Below are positions 30,312 to 39,128 of a stretch of 64,000 nucleotides of DNA, in pieces; within the stretch, counting starts at the first letter, position 1, and each line of letters opens with the position of its first letter. The stretch spans positions 960,001 to 1,024,000 of the forward strand of contig OZ243037.1 in assembly GCA_965212015.1 (NCBI GenBank). The letters are read 5' to 3'. This DNA is from Cenarchaeum sp. GTDB lineage: Archaea > Thermoproteota > Nitrososphaeria > Nitrososphaerales > Nitrosopumilaceae. Both the position numbers and the translations under genes were made by a program. Under the pieces are notes generated by a model. It searched no databases. It was given only the letters and a program-made list of their open reading frames with translations, and was not told the DNA's origin.

Positions 30312-31346
30312 GTGCTCTGTGTCACAACTCCCTTACCTCATAACGTGATCCTCCAACCCGTGCCATAGTCCGATCCATACCGGCATGACGTCATGCGGCC
30401 AGCACCATCCTGTTGTATATGGCCATCTTTAGCGCCATCTCATGCATCATGTTCTCTTTTTTGTGCGCCATGACTGATTCTCCGAACATTCTCTTTATTG
30501 CAGAGAATAATGATTCAACAATCCATCGTTTTCCATATCCGGAGGATTTTTCCCATTCCGAATAGTCATGTTTTTGAATCCTGACTGCCATCCGGTGCGG
30601 ATATGACGGTGTGTCAGACCTGGAATTTTTTCTGACGGGTACTTCCAGTTTAATATTATTGTAATACATGTCATCATGTATCACGCCGGAATCATACGCG
30701 CCGTCTGCCAGCACACATTTCCGCATTGCTGTGACTGCTCTACCAGTCCTGCAAAATGATTTGAATCATGCGAGCTTTCATCCGTAGTTATAAATCCCGT
30801 TGTCTTTCCGGAATCTACGTTAATGGCGGCGTGTATTTTTATAAACCCCTTTCTTGTCACGCCATGTTTTTCTCGCATCCAGTCGCCTCTGTTTGTCACC
30901 TTTATTCCCGTACTGTCTATTGAGATTGTACCGTGCGCCTTTCTGCCTGCGGTAATATCCAAATCCAGGTTGTTGATCCGTTTGCAGATGGTAGAATATG
31001 ATGGCACTGTTGTATGCATTCCAAACAACGATTCTGCAAGGCCCTGTGTCTGTCTGTATGGCAGTCCAGAGATGAATGTATGCCAGAACGGTAATCATTT
31101 CGTCAGAATATAGGAATCTGCATCTTTCCCTTGTTCATCCTATTCCGATCTCTCTCGAATGATTTCAGGACACGTTTGTCGATGTGGATGATTCCGCGGT
31201 CCCTTAACCTACAGTCATAATCTGAATTTTTACCCACAGTGTGGTCGTGTAGTCATGATCTAAAGCTTTTTGGGTCGGATTATGTGGACAGGCAGCCTAG
31301 ATTAATTTATGCTGGGAAAAATTAGGCAGCTTGTGACACAGAGCAC
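30312..31346 (-). mobile_element. IS5-family insertion sequence (about 1035 bp)
   Basis: Perfect 16-bp TIRs GTGCTCTGTGTCACAA (30312-30327 / 31331-31346); lower GC; no clean TSD seen. Confidence 0.92.
30391..31237 (-). pseudogene. IS5 DDE transposase, multiply frameshifted
   Basis: PSYSTICKR, IDSTGIK, KIHAAI, ADGAYD, YGKRWIVESLFSAIKR spread over several frames. Confidence 0.9.
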
Positions 31347-31382
31347 CAAATAGTGATCATAATCTATAAAAAATAATGCCGG

Positions 31383-31487
31383 CTAAATGTCTATCTCTTC
31401 GCCCTGAGTGTTGTTTTTGAACATTTTGTCCACCTTTTCTGCCATTTTATAGTGGCGATCTTCCCATTTGCGCTTGATTTCGGCCAT
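31383..31487 (-). CDS. Putative 34-aa microprotein (MAEIKRKWEDRHYKMAEKVDKMFKNNTQGEEIDI)
   Basis: Manual translation; AT-rich box (TTCTAAATAA) about 22-30 nt upstream; fills otherwise empty spacer. Confidence 0.5.
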   Translation of the reverse strand: MAEIKRKWEDRHYKMAEKVDKMFKNNTQGEEIDI

Positions 31488-31671
31488 ATTATACGGTGTA
31501 TACGCGGTTATTTAGAATTATCCCTTTTTACCAGTCGTAAAAACCGTTCCCGCGTGGTATTTTTTGCTGGTTTTGAGAGATTCGGACTCGCGCACGAAAC
31601 CTTGCCAGGAACTAGCCAGTCCCGCGGCGCCTGGATTCGAAATCATTTAATCCGGTCTGCTGCCATCCGAG

Positions 31672-32223
31672 GTGTTGTCACTGGTAATAACTGGCAGTCC
31701 CGGAGTCGGCAAGCACACCGCGGCAAGAAGCATAGCCGGGATGCTCGATCTGGAGGTGCTTGATCTCAGCGAGATTGCAGAGGGTGTGTTTGAGCAGGCA
31801 TCCGGGACAAGGGACGTGGATACGGACGCGCTAAAAAAAAGGCTGGGCCCGATGCTTGGCGAGAGGTCTCTGGTTGTAGGCCACCTGGCGCCGTACGTGC
31901 TTGCAAAATCACAGGTCAAGAGACTGGCGGTGCTTAGAAAAAATCCCTACAAGCTTGCCGCCGTATACAAAAAGAGGGGGTACGCAAGGCGCAAGGCAAT
32001 GGAGAACGCAGGCGCCGAGATTCTGGGAATAATCGCGCATGATGCCGCAAAAAAAATCGGGGCGGCCAAGACCGTACAGATAGACACCACGGCAAAGTCG
32101 GCCCGCGCCGTGGCATTGCAGACTGCCGAGGCGCTTGCAGGCAAAAAGGGCGGCGACGCAGTGGACTGGCTGTCGCTGGTCTCGCAGAAAAACGACCTGG
32201 CGGAATTTTTTTCCTACGATTAA
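31672..32223 (+). CDS. AK6/Fap7-type adenylate kinase
   Basis: ITGSPGVGKHT P-loop, VVGH, RGY...K..EN..AEI. Confidence 0.85.
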   Translation: MLSLVITGSPGVGKHTAARSIAGMLDLEVLDLSEIAEGVFEQASGTRDVDTDALKKRLGPMLGERSLVVGHLAPYVLAKSQVKRLAVLRKNPYKLAAVYKKRGYARRKAMENAGAEILGIIAHDAAKKIGAAKTVQIDTTAKSARAVALQTAEALAGKKGGDAVDWLSLVSQKNDLAEFFSYD

Positions 32224-32249
32224 ATAATGCGGGGGGGTGGTGTCTGGTA

Positions 32250-33758
32250 GTGTTTGAGATACTAAAAAGCGATCTGGCAGGCAGGATAGGCGCGCTTTAC
32301 ACAAACCACGGCAGGGTAGAGACGCCGGCATACGTCCCGGTAATCCACCCCGTAAGGCAGGCGATTCCGGCCGCCGTGATTGGCGACATGGGATTTGACA
32401 TGGTAATCACAAACGCGTACATTGCAAGAAAAAACTATGGCAGTGACGCAGGCCGTAAAAAAATCCACGACATTATCGGCTTTGACGGGGCGGTAATGAC
32501 TGATTCGGGCGGGTACCAGGTGCTCGAGTACGGCGACGTGGACGTCACGCCAGAAGAGATGGCGGCCTTTGAGACTCGAATCGGCTCGGATGTTGCAATT
32601 CCGCTTGACAAGCCCACCGGATACGGCCTCTCAAAAAAACAGGCAGGCCAGTTCGTGGACCACACGCTACAGGTCTCAAAAAACACCCTGGCAGACAGCG
32701 GCGATGACGGGCAGATCTGGGCAGGACCCATCCAGGGCGGCGAGCACCTGGAGCTGGTAAGAAAATCCACAAAGGCCCTGGTGGGATACGGCTTTGAAAT
32801 GCTGGCACTTGGCAGCCCGGTGGAGTTTATGGAATCCTACCAGTTCAGGCTTTTGGCAGATATGATAGTGGCAGCAAGGGGGCACATGCCGGCGTCCGTA
32901 CCGCTGCACCTGTTCGGCGCCGGCCACCCGCTGACAATCCCCTTTGCGGTGGCCCTGGGATGCGACACCTTTGACTCTGCATCATACATGCTATACGCAA
33001 AACAGGACAGGTACATCACCGATGACAGGACAAGGCACGTATCGGAGATGGGCTATTTCTCATGCAACTGCAAGGTGTGCTCGGCCTTTACCCCCAAGGA
33101 GCTAATGCAGCTGGAGGGGCGGCAGAGGACAAACGAGATTGCGCTCCACAACCTGTACTCCATAAAGTCCGAAGTCGACAGGGTAAAGGAGTCAATCTGC
33201 GAGGGCCGCCTGTGGGAGTATGTGATGAAAAAGATGAGGTCGCATCCCAGGCTCTTTGAGGTAATAGACGTGTTTGTGCAAAACGGCGGGGGCTTTGCCG
33301 CCACCACCCCGAGGTTCAAGGAAAAGGCGGTGTTTCTCTTTTCCAAGGAGGACCAGTTCAGGCCCGAGGTCCTGGAATACCACAGGACGGTGCGGAGATT
33401 TTCCACGAAAAAAAGAATCCTGTGCGTCACCAGGGTCACACAGCTAAAGCCGGCATACCTGTCGCCCCAGTATACAGCCCTGAGAAAGAAATTCAGGGAT
33501 GCAGACGCAGTACAGTTCTGCCAGTACAACCCGTTTCTGGGAATAATACCAGTAGAGATTTCAGACGTATATCCGGCCGCCCACCACCTCACAAGCAGGA
33601 CTGTCCTTGATCCCGCCGACTTTGCAGAGTTTGAAAAGACGTGGAGGATTTTCCTTGAGAAAAACGACTTTGCAGAGATGTACTTTGACAAGAAGGATCA
33701 TTTCCTGGGATATTTTGCAAGGCTTGCCCCAAAGACGATACGCAAAAAGTCGCTCTAA
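32250..33758 (+). CDS. tgtA: tRNA-guanine(15) transglycosylase
   Basis: MTDSGGYQ, PIQGG, HLFGAGHP, GCDTFDSASY, CNCKVC zinc site. Confidence 0.95.
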   Translation: MFEILKSDLAGRIGALYTNHGRVETPAYVPVIHPVRQAIPAAVIGDMGFDMVITNAYIARKNYGSDAGRKKIHDIIGFDGAVMTDSGGYQVLEYGDVDVTPEEMAAFETRIGSDVAIPLDKPTGYGLSKKQAGQFVDHTLQVSKNTLADSGDDGQIWAGPIQGGEHLELVRKSTKALVGYGFEMLALGSPVEFMESYQFRLLADMIVAARGHMPASVPLHLFGAGHPLTIPFAVALGCDTFDSASYMLYAKQDRYITDDRTRHVSEMGYFSCNCKVCSAFTPKELMQLEGRQRTNEIALHNLYSIKSEVDRVKESICEGRLWEYVMKKMRSHPRLFEVIDVFVQNGGGFAATTPRFKEKAVFLFSKEDQFRPEVLEYHRTVRRFSTKKRILCVTRVTQLKPAYLSPQYTALRKKFRDADAVQFCQYNPFLGIIPVEISDVYPAAHHLTSRTVLDPADFAEFEKTWRIFLEKNDFAEMYFDKKDHFLGYFARLAPKTIRKKSL

Positions 33759-33780
33759 AAAATAAAAAAGAAAAAAAAGA
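33757..33780 (-). terminator. Oligo-T terminator downstream of ferredoxin gene
   Basis: A-rich run on + strand (T-tracts on - strand) just after the ferredoxin stop. Confidence 0.5.
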
Positions 33781-33794
33781 TCTGGGTGCCGTCT

Positions 33795-34097
33795 CTATAG
33801 GGCGGCGTCTTCTGCCCAGCCTTTGACGAATACCCCGTTCTTGTGCAGAGGCACAGGTTGTCCTGCGGTGTAATTCATCGGTCTCATCCAAAAGATGGAT
33901 TTTGTTGGACAAACTCCAATACATGCACCGTCTGAGATGCATCTTTCTGGATAAAAGACGAATGCTTTACCCCTCTTCCAGCCCTCAACGGGCTTTACAC
34001 GAAGTACGTCCGGACCCAGAGTTGTACAGATTTCAACGCATAGTGCGCATCCGATACATCTCTGCTCGTCAATATCTGGAAGTATTGCTATAGGCAT
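33795..34097 (-). CDS. 4Fe-4S dicluster ferredoxin
   Basis: CIGCALCVEIC and CISDGACIGVCP. Confidence 0.95.
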   Translation of the reverse strand: MPIAILPDIDEQRCIGCALCVEICTTLGPDVLRVKPVEGWKRGKAFVFYPERCISDGACIGVCPTKSIFWMRPMNYTAGQPVPLHKNGVFVKGWAEDAAL

Positions 34098-34256
34098 TAC
34101 AGCATGTATAGCGTCGGGTTGCTATTTAAACCATAATCAAAAACCATAACAGGGTTATTTTTAGATCGCACCCCGCCGAAACTCTGGCAAATTCTACAGG
34201 TCCCCCTCACAGCCGATTAAAAAATGAAAAAACAGGGAAAAACGTGGATCTCACGT

Positions 34257-34469
34257 TTATTTTCTCATAGCGTCGATCTGACCGGATGTGACCCAGTCGA
34301 GAAGCTCAGCCGAAGTAGGATTAAGGTCTGCCTTTTTTGCCATTAGATTGGCAACCCATATCCAATTAATTTGGTTTAAGAGTGGTTTGTTGCTTTCATC
34401 GCCCGCACGTACCTTAGATACTAGTGCCGGGTCTTGTGACTTTAGCCAATCTTGGTAACTTCTGCCCAT
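34257..34469 (-). CDS. 70-aa hypothetical protein
   Basis: Clean ORF, TTTAATTA box upstream, T-rich terminator, AT-shifted codons like the neighbouring ferredoxin. Confidence 0.8.
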   Translation of the reverse strand: MGRSYQDWLKSQDPALVSKVRAGDESNKPLLNQINWIWVANLMAKKADLNPTSAELLDWVTSGQIDAMRK

Positions 34470-34580
34470 AGGGGTGGATTCTTAGCTAACACTAATTAAA
34501 GCTTTTGAAGATTTCACCGATCAGGGAACGATCCACGTAAATAGTGAAGGTTTTAAGGCCAACAAAATCCATCTCAAGCC

Positions 34581-35846
34581 TTGAATGTAAAAGTGCTGGG
34601 GGCAGCCGGCGAGGTAGGCCGATCGGGCTTTCTGGTGGACTGCGACGGCACCAGGCTCCTGCTGGACTATGGCGTGCTGTTTGGGAGAAGGGACAAGCCT
34701 CCCCAGTACCCGCTGCACGTAAAGCCAAGGGACGTGGATTCCATAATCATAACGCACGCGCACCTGGATCACTCCGGATACGTGCCTGCCATGTACATCA
34801 GCGGAAACACCAACGTGTATGCCACCTCGCCTACCATGGAGCTCAGCCAGATGCTAATAGAGGACATGCTAAAGATCGAGAAATACGCGCACCCGTTTGG
34901 CGTCCCCGAGGTAAACAACATGGTGCGCAACTTCAAGGAGGTGCGGTACAAGGAAAAGATCAGGCGCGGAAACGCGACTTTTGAGCTAAGAGAGTCGGGC
35001 CACGTCATAGGCGGCGGCTCGGTTCTTGTGGAATCGAACAACAGGAGGCTGTTTTACACCGGCGACATACACGTAAGGGGGTCAAGGATGCTGCGCAATG
35101 CGGATCTGGACGTGGGCGAGATTGACATGCTGATTACCGAGAGCACGTACTCGCAGACAAAACAGAGCCCGCGGCAAGAGTCGGAGAAAAAGCTGGTGGA
35201 CTTTGCAAACGAGGTGCTCGACAGGAAGGGGACGCTGTTTGTCCCGTCGTTTTCAGTCGAGCGCTCACAGGAGGTGGCGTGCGTGCTAAAGAACGCCGGA
35301 TTCAAGCACAAGATAATCATGGACGGCATGGCGCTAAAGGTGAACAAGATCATGATGCGCCATCCAGAGTATCTGAGGGATCCCAAGGTGTTCTCAGATG
35401 CGATAAACCGCGTAGTCTCGATAAAGGATCAAAGGCACCGGAAAAAGGCGCTAAGCGAGCCGTGCGTGGTAATCTCGCCTGCCGGAATGCTAGTCGGGGG
35501 AAACGCCGTGTACTATCTGCAAGAGCTTGCGTTTGATCCCAAAAATGCAATCGCCCTGGTGTCGTACCAGGGAGAGGGGACCCCGGGCAAAAAGCTGCTA
35601 GACACCGGAAAGGTCACGACGCGCAACCGCGAGCTAAAGGTGACAGCCGAGGTGAAAAGGTTCGAGTTCTCCGGGCACTCTGACAGAACAGAGCTGTTTG
35701 AGATGATAAAGGGCATAAGGGGGAACCCAAAGGTGCTCACGGTGCACGGCGACAGCGAGTCGTGCGAGGTTTTTGCCCGCGAGATAAAAGAAAAATTCGG
35801 CCTTGATGCGCATGCGGCACAGATAGATGAAGTTGCCACAGTCTAG
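34581..35846 (+). CDS. Beta-CASP metallo-beta-lactamase ribonuclease (aCPSF2-like)
   Basis: THAHLDHSG, SGHVIG, YTGD, ESTY, FSGH, VHGD. Confidence 0.92.
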   Translation: MNVKVLGAAGEVGRSGFLVDCDGTRLLLDYGVLFGRRDKPPQYPLHVKPRDVDSIIITHAHLDHSGYVPAMYISGNTNVYATSPTMELSQMLIEDMLKIEKYAHPFGVPEVNNMVRNFKEVRYKEKIRRGNATFELRESGHVIGGGSVLVESNNRRLFYTGDIHVRGSRMLRNADLDVGEIDMLITESTYSQTKQSPRQESEKKLVDFANEVLDRKGTLFVPSFSVERSQEVACVLKNAGFKHKIIMDGMALKVNKIMMRHPEYLRDPKVFSDAINRVVSIKDQRHRKKALSEPCVVISPAGMLVGGNAVYYLQELAFDPKNAIALVSYQGEGTPGKKLLDTGKVTTRNRELKVTAEVKRFEFSGHSDRTELFEMIKGIRGNPKVLTVHGDSESCEVFAREIKEKFGLDAHAAQIDEVATV

Positions 35847-36672
35847 CATCGACATTGACGACACCGTAAACAGCGGCCAGGTGTTCCTGTGGGAGCGCCG
35901 GGACGGCTCGTGGTTTGGAATAGACGGGAACAACGTCATCAGGGCATCGGGGGATCCGCCGGAGATAGAGTCCATAAACCATACAGAAGGCGAGTTCTTC
36001 CGCCTCGGCGACGATATCGGGGGGATTCTCTCGAGCATATCTGCCGACAGGACGGTAAGGGACGCAGTAAGGGGAGCCCCGGGGCTGAGGCTGCTAAGGC
36101 AGGATCCATTCCAGTGCTATATCTCCTTTATAGTGTCGGCAAACTCGAATATCCGGAACATCAGGGGCAGCCTGCAAAAGCTCTGCGGGAGGTACGGCAG
36201 GAGAGTCGAGTATTGCAAAAAAGAGTTCCGTCTCTTTCCGACTGCCCAGAGGCTGTCCGGCGCAGGCATGGCCGGCCTGCTAGAGTGCGGCCTCGGGTAC
36301 CGGGCAAAGTTCGTCAGGCAGGCCTCAAGGGACGTCGCATCAGGCAGGATTGACCTCGGGGCGCTAAGGGGCGCGGACTATTACTGCGCAAGAGAAGGCC
36401 TGACTGGCGTGCCGGGGATAGGCGGCAAGGTTGCAGACTGCATCATGCTGTTTGCCCTAGACAAGCTAGAGGCGTTTCCGCTTGACAGGTGGATGTACAG
36501 GATTCTGGCAAAATACTATCCGGGGCTCGCCCCCGACGGACCTCTTGGCCCGAAAAGATACCACAGTATGCACGAGAGGATTGCCGGCCATTTCGGCCCG
36601 TACGCAGGATACGCGCAGCAGTTTCTCTTCAAGATGGAAAGAGACGCGCAGCAAAAAAAATGGCTCCAATAA
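35827..36672 (+). CDS. 8-oxoguanine DNA glycosylase (OGG1-type, HhH-GPD)
   Basis: SGQVF.W, GLGYRAK, PGIGGKVADC, FPLD, YAGYAQQFLF. Confidence 0.92.
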   Translation: MKLPQSSIDIDDTVNSGQVFLWERRDGSWFGIDGNNVIRASGDPPEIESINHTEGEFFRLGDDIGGILSSISADRTVRDAVRGAPGLRLLRQDPFQCYISFIVSANSNIRNIRGSLQKLCGRYGRRVEYCKKEFRLFPTAQRLSGAGMAGLLECGLGYRAKFVRQASRDVASGRIDLGALRGADYYCAREGLTGVPGIGGKVADCIMLFALDKLEAFPLDRWMYRILAKYYPGLAPDGPLGPKRYHSMHERIAGHFGPYAGYAQQFLFKMERDAQQKKWLQ

Positions 36673-36720
36673 AGCCTGAAAGTGAAATGACTTAAATTAT
36701 TGGATTACAGATTTCAGGCC

Positions 36721-37701
36721 ATGATGACAGATGCCTCCGGCGCCACGCTGCTAGAGAGAAAGGATACGCCAAAGACGCCGGACAAAAAGACAAGCTTCGA
36801 CGTCATAATCATCGGCGCCGGGCCGGCGGGATACACCGCCGGAATCTATTGCTCGAGGGCGCGCAGGGACACGCTTGTTCTTTCGGGGATTCTGCCGGGG
36901 GGGCAGCTGGTAAACACCACGGACGTGGAGAACTATCCGGGGTTTGAAAACGGCGTAATGGGCCCCGACCTGATGATAATAATGAGAAAGCAGACAGAGA
37001 GGATGGGCACCACGATAATCGACGACGAGGTCGTAAATGTCGATTTCAGGCGCAGGCCGTTTAAGGTCCTGACGGCGCAGGAGGAATACGAGGCAAAGGC
37101 CGTAATCATCGGGACCGGCGCCAATCCAAGAAAGCTCGGGGTGCAAGGCGAGCAGTCCCTGGCAGGAAAGGGCGTCTCGTACTGTGCCACGTGCGACGGG
37201 CCGTTTTTCAAAAACCAGGAGCTAATAGTGGTCGGAGGCGGGGATTCGGCCATGGAGGAGGCCACGTTTCTGACAAAGTTTGCATCCAGGGTGCACCTGG
37301 TGCACAGAAGGGACGAGCTGAGGGCAAGCAAGGTGATGCAAGAGCGCCTGCTAGACGACGAAAAGGTGGTGCTGCATTTGAGCTCCAAAGTCAAGGAGAT
37401 ACAGGGAGACGGCAAGGTCAGCAGGGTAGTCCTAAAGTCAAAGTCAGGCGAGACCACGCTGGATGTGGGCGGCGTGTTTGTGGCAATAGGCCACGAGCCC
37501 AATACAAAGCTCTTCGGGGGCCAGATAGATACCGACGAGCTGGGATACATCAGGGTGAATGGCAGCAGGACCAGCGTCGAGGGGGTCTTTGCCGCAGGCG
37601 ACGTGCACGACAGCAGGTACAGGCAGGCAGTTACCGCGGCCGGATACGGCTGCATGGCGGCAATCGACGCAGACAAGTATCTTTCAGAACACTCTGGCTG
37701 A
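36721..37701 (+). CDS. trxB: Thioredoxin-disulfide reductase
   Basis: GAGPAG, CATCDG, GGGDSA, FAAGD. Confidence 0.96.
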   Translation: MMTDASGATLLERKDTPKTPDKKTSFDVIIIGAGPAGYTAGIYCSRARRDTLVLSGILPGGQLVNTTDVENYPGFENGVMGPDLMIIMRKQTERMGTTIIDDEVVNVDFRRRPFKVLTAQEEYEAKAVIIGTGANPRKLGVQGEQSLAGKGVSYCATCDGPFFKNQELIVVGGGDSAMEEATFLTKFASRVHLVHRRDELRASKVMQERLLDDEKVVLHLSSKVKEIQGDGKVSRVVLKSKSGETTLDVGGVFVAIGHEPNTKLFGGQIDTDELGYIRVNGSRTSVEGVFAAGDVHDSRYRQAVTAAGYGCMAAIDADKYLSEHSG

Positions 37702-38673
37702 TCACATGTACGCAGAATCAGATAGGTGTCTTGCGTTTTGCAGCGCGCCTTCAAACTCGGCCGAGTCCATTATGTTTTGCTGCGCATAGATGCTCTTGAA
37801 CTTGCGGCCGTCGTCGGCAAAGATTCCAACGGTGCACGAGCCGCCGTCAATGCCGTATTTTTTCATGCACGCATACACTGCGGCAGACGACGGGCTGATC
37901 AGGAGGCGGTCCTTTTCGTACACCTCCCTGACGGCCCCGAATGCCTGCGCGTTTGTCACGGACACCCAGTCATCCACTATGCCCTCGCGCCTCAAAAACA
38001 GATCCGGCTTTGCGGATTCCTCAAAGTTTCTCCAGCCCTGTATGAGGTGGTTTTGCTGCGGCTGGCAGCCGATTATCCTTACGTCGGGGTTTTTTTCCTT
38101 GAGGTACGTGCCCACCCCCGTGATCGTCCCCCCCGTTCCGACGCCCGTAAAAAAATGCGTTATTTTGCCTCCGGTCTGCCTCCAGATTTCGGGCCCCGTT
38201 CCGGCATAGTGGCCCATAAAGTTCGCCTCGTTTGCATACTGGTTTGGGGAATAGTACGTGTCAGGCCTGGAGGAGGCAATCGACGTGGCAAGCGCTATGC
38301 TTTGATCGGTGCCTGCACCTACCTTGGGGCAGAGATCATCGCTTGTCTCATAGACCTTGGCGCCCAGATTCCTTATAATGTCCTTAGTCTCGCTGCTGGC
38401 CTTTTCGGGGATTACAATCTCCACCTTGTAGCCCAGAAGATTTGCAATGCCGGTCAGCGCGATTCCGGTGTTGCCCGAGGTAGGCTCGATTATTATGCTG
38501 TGATTCCTCCTTAGGATCTTTTTGTCCTCGCCGTCTTTGATCATCCAGAATGCCGCCCTGTCCTTGACGGAGCCAAACGGGTTGTGGCCCTCCAGCTTTG
38601 CGTGATACGTCCTTGTGCCGTCAGAAAGGGAGTCAAGCATTACAAGCGGGGTGTTGCCCACCTTTTCTAGCAC
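37702..38673 (-). CDS. PLP-dependent cysteine synthase family protein
   Basis: GNTPLV, NPFGSVKDR, TSGNTG, GTGGT. Confidence 0.93.
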   Translation of the reverse strand: MLEKVGNTPLVMLDSLSDGTRTYHAKLEGHNPFGSVKDRAAFWMIKDGEDKKILRRNHSIIIEPTSGNTGIALTGIANLLGYKVEIVIPEKASSETKDIIRNLGAKVYETSDDLCPKVGAGTDQSIALATSIASSRPDTYYSPNQYANEANFMGHYAGTGPEIWRQTGGKITHFFTGVGTGGTITGVGTYLKEKNPDVRIIGCQPQQNHLIQGWRNFEESAKPDLFLRREGIVDDWVSVTNAQAFGAVREVYEKDRLLISPSSAAVYACMKKYGIDGGSCTVGIFADDGRKFKSIYAQQNIMDSAEFEGALQNARHLSDSAYM

Positions 38674-38697
38674 GTCAGTTGCAGCCTTTGTAGCCAG

Positions 38698-38934
38698 CTA
38701 TCTCACCTTTTTGATTGAAAATTCCAGTACGGTGCCGTTTTTCTTCATTTCCAGCAGTTCGTGGCCGTTTCTAGTCGTCCACCTCGAAATGTCCTCCTCT
38801 GCTGCGGGATCGTCGGCTAGCACCAAAAGCACGTCGCCTACCTGCATCCGCTCAATCTCCATCTTTGTCCTAAACACGGGCTCCGGGCAGAACAGTCCCG
38901 TGGCATCGAGTTTTTTTGGCGCGGCTTGTGACAT
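38698..38934 (-). CDS. tusA: TusA-family sulfur carrier
   Basis: LDATGLFCPEP, DDPAAEEDI..W. Confidence 0.9.
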   Translation of the reverse strand: MSQAAPKKLDATGLFCPEPVFRTKMEIERMQVGDVLLVLADDPAAEEDISRWTTRNGHELLEMKKNGTVLEFSIKKVR

Positions 38935-38985
38935 TTCTAGCATGTTTGGGCACGGTCTATATTAAAAGCTATTCGGGTTTTCCGG

Positions 38986-39045
38986 GCCGCAGGCCGAGTT
39001 CAGGAGGGATGTTTGGATCCGCAGGCACGAAACCTAACTGCCGGC
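38986..39045 (+). mobile_element. 60-bp MITE-like element, copy 3 (most degenerate)
   Basis: Gap-free alignment to other copies; flanks TTTTCCGG / TTTTCCCG (7/8). Confidence 0.72.
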
Positions 39046-39128
39046 TTTTCCCGAGTTGTTTCTCAAGTTCACTGCCATTCTGCGAGATGTCCGGTACGTG
39101 CCTGCAAAAACCATCATGTTCGTGCCAG

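Noticed and set aside
31550-31645. tRNA-like segment containing GATTCGAAATC
   Set aside because: No acceptor or anticodon stems could be formed
32231-32237. G7 run upstream of tgtA as a phase-variation tract
   Set aside because: Short, precedes a housekeeping gene, and plausible by chance at this GC content
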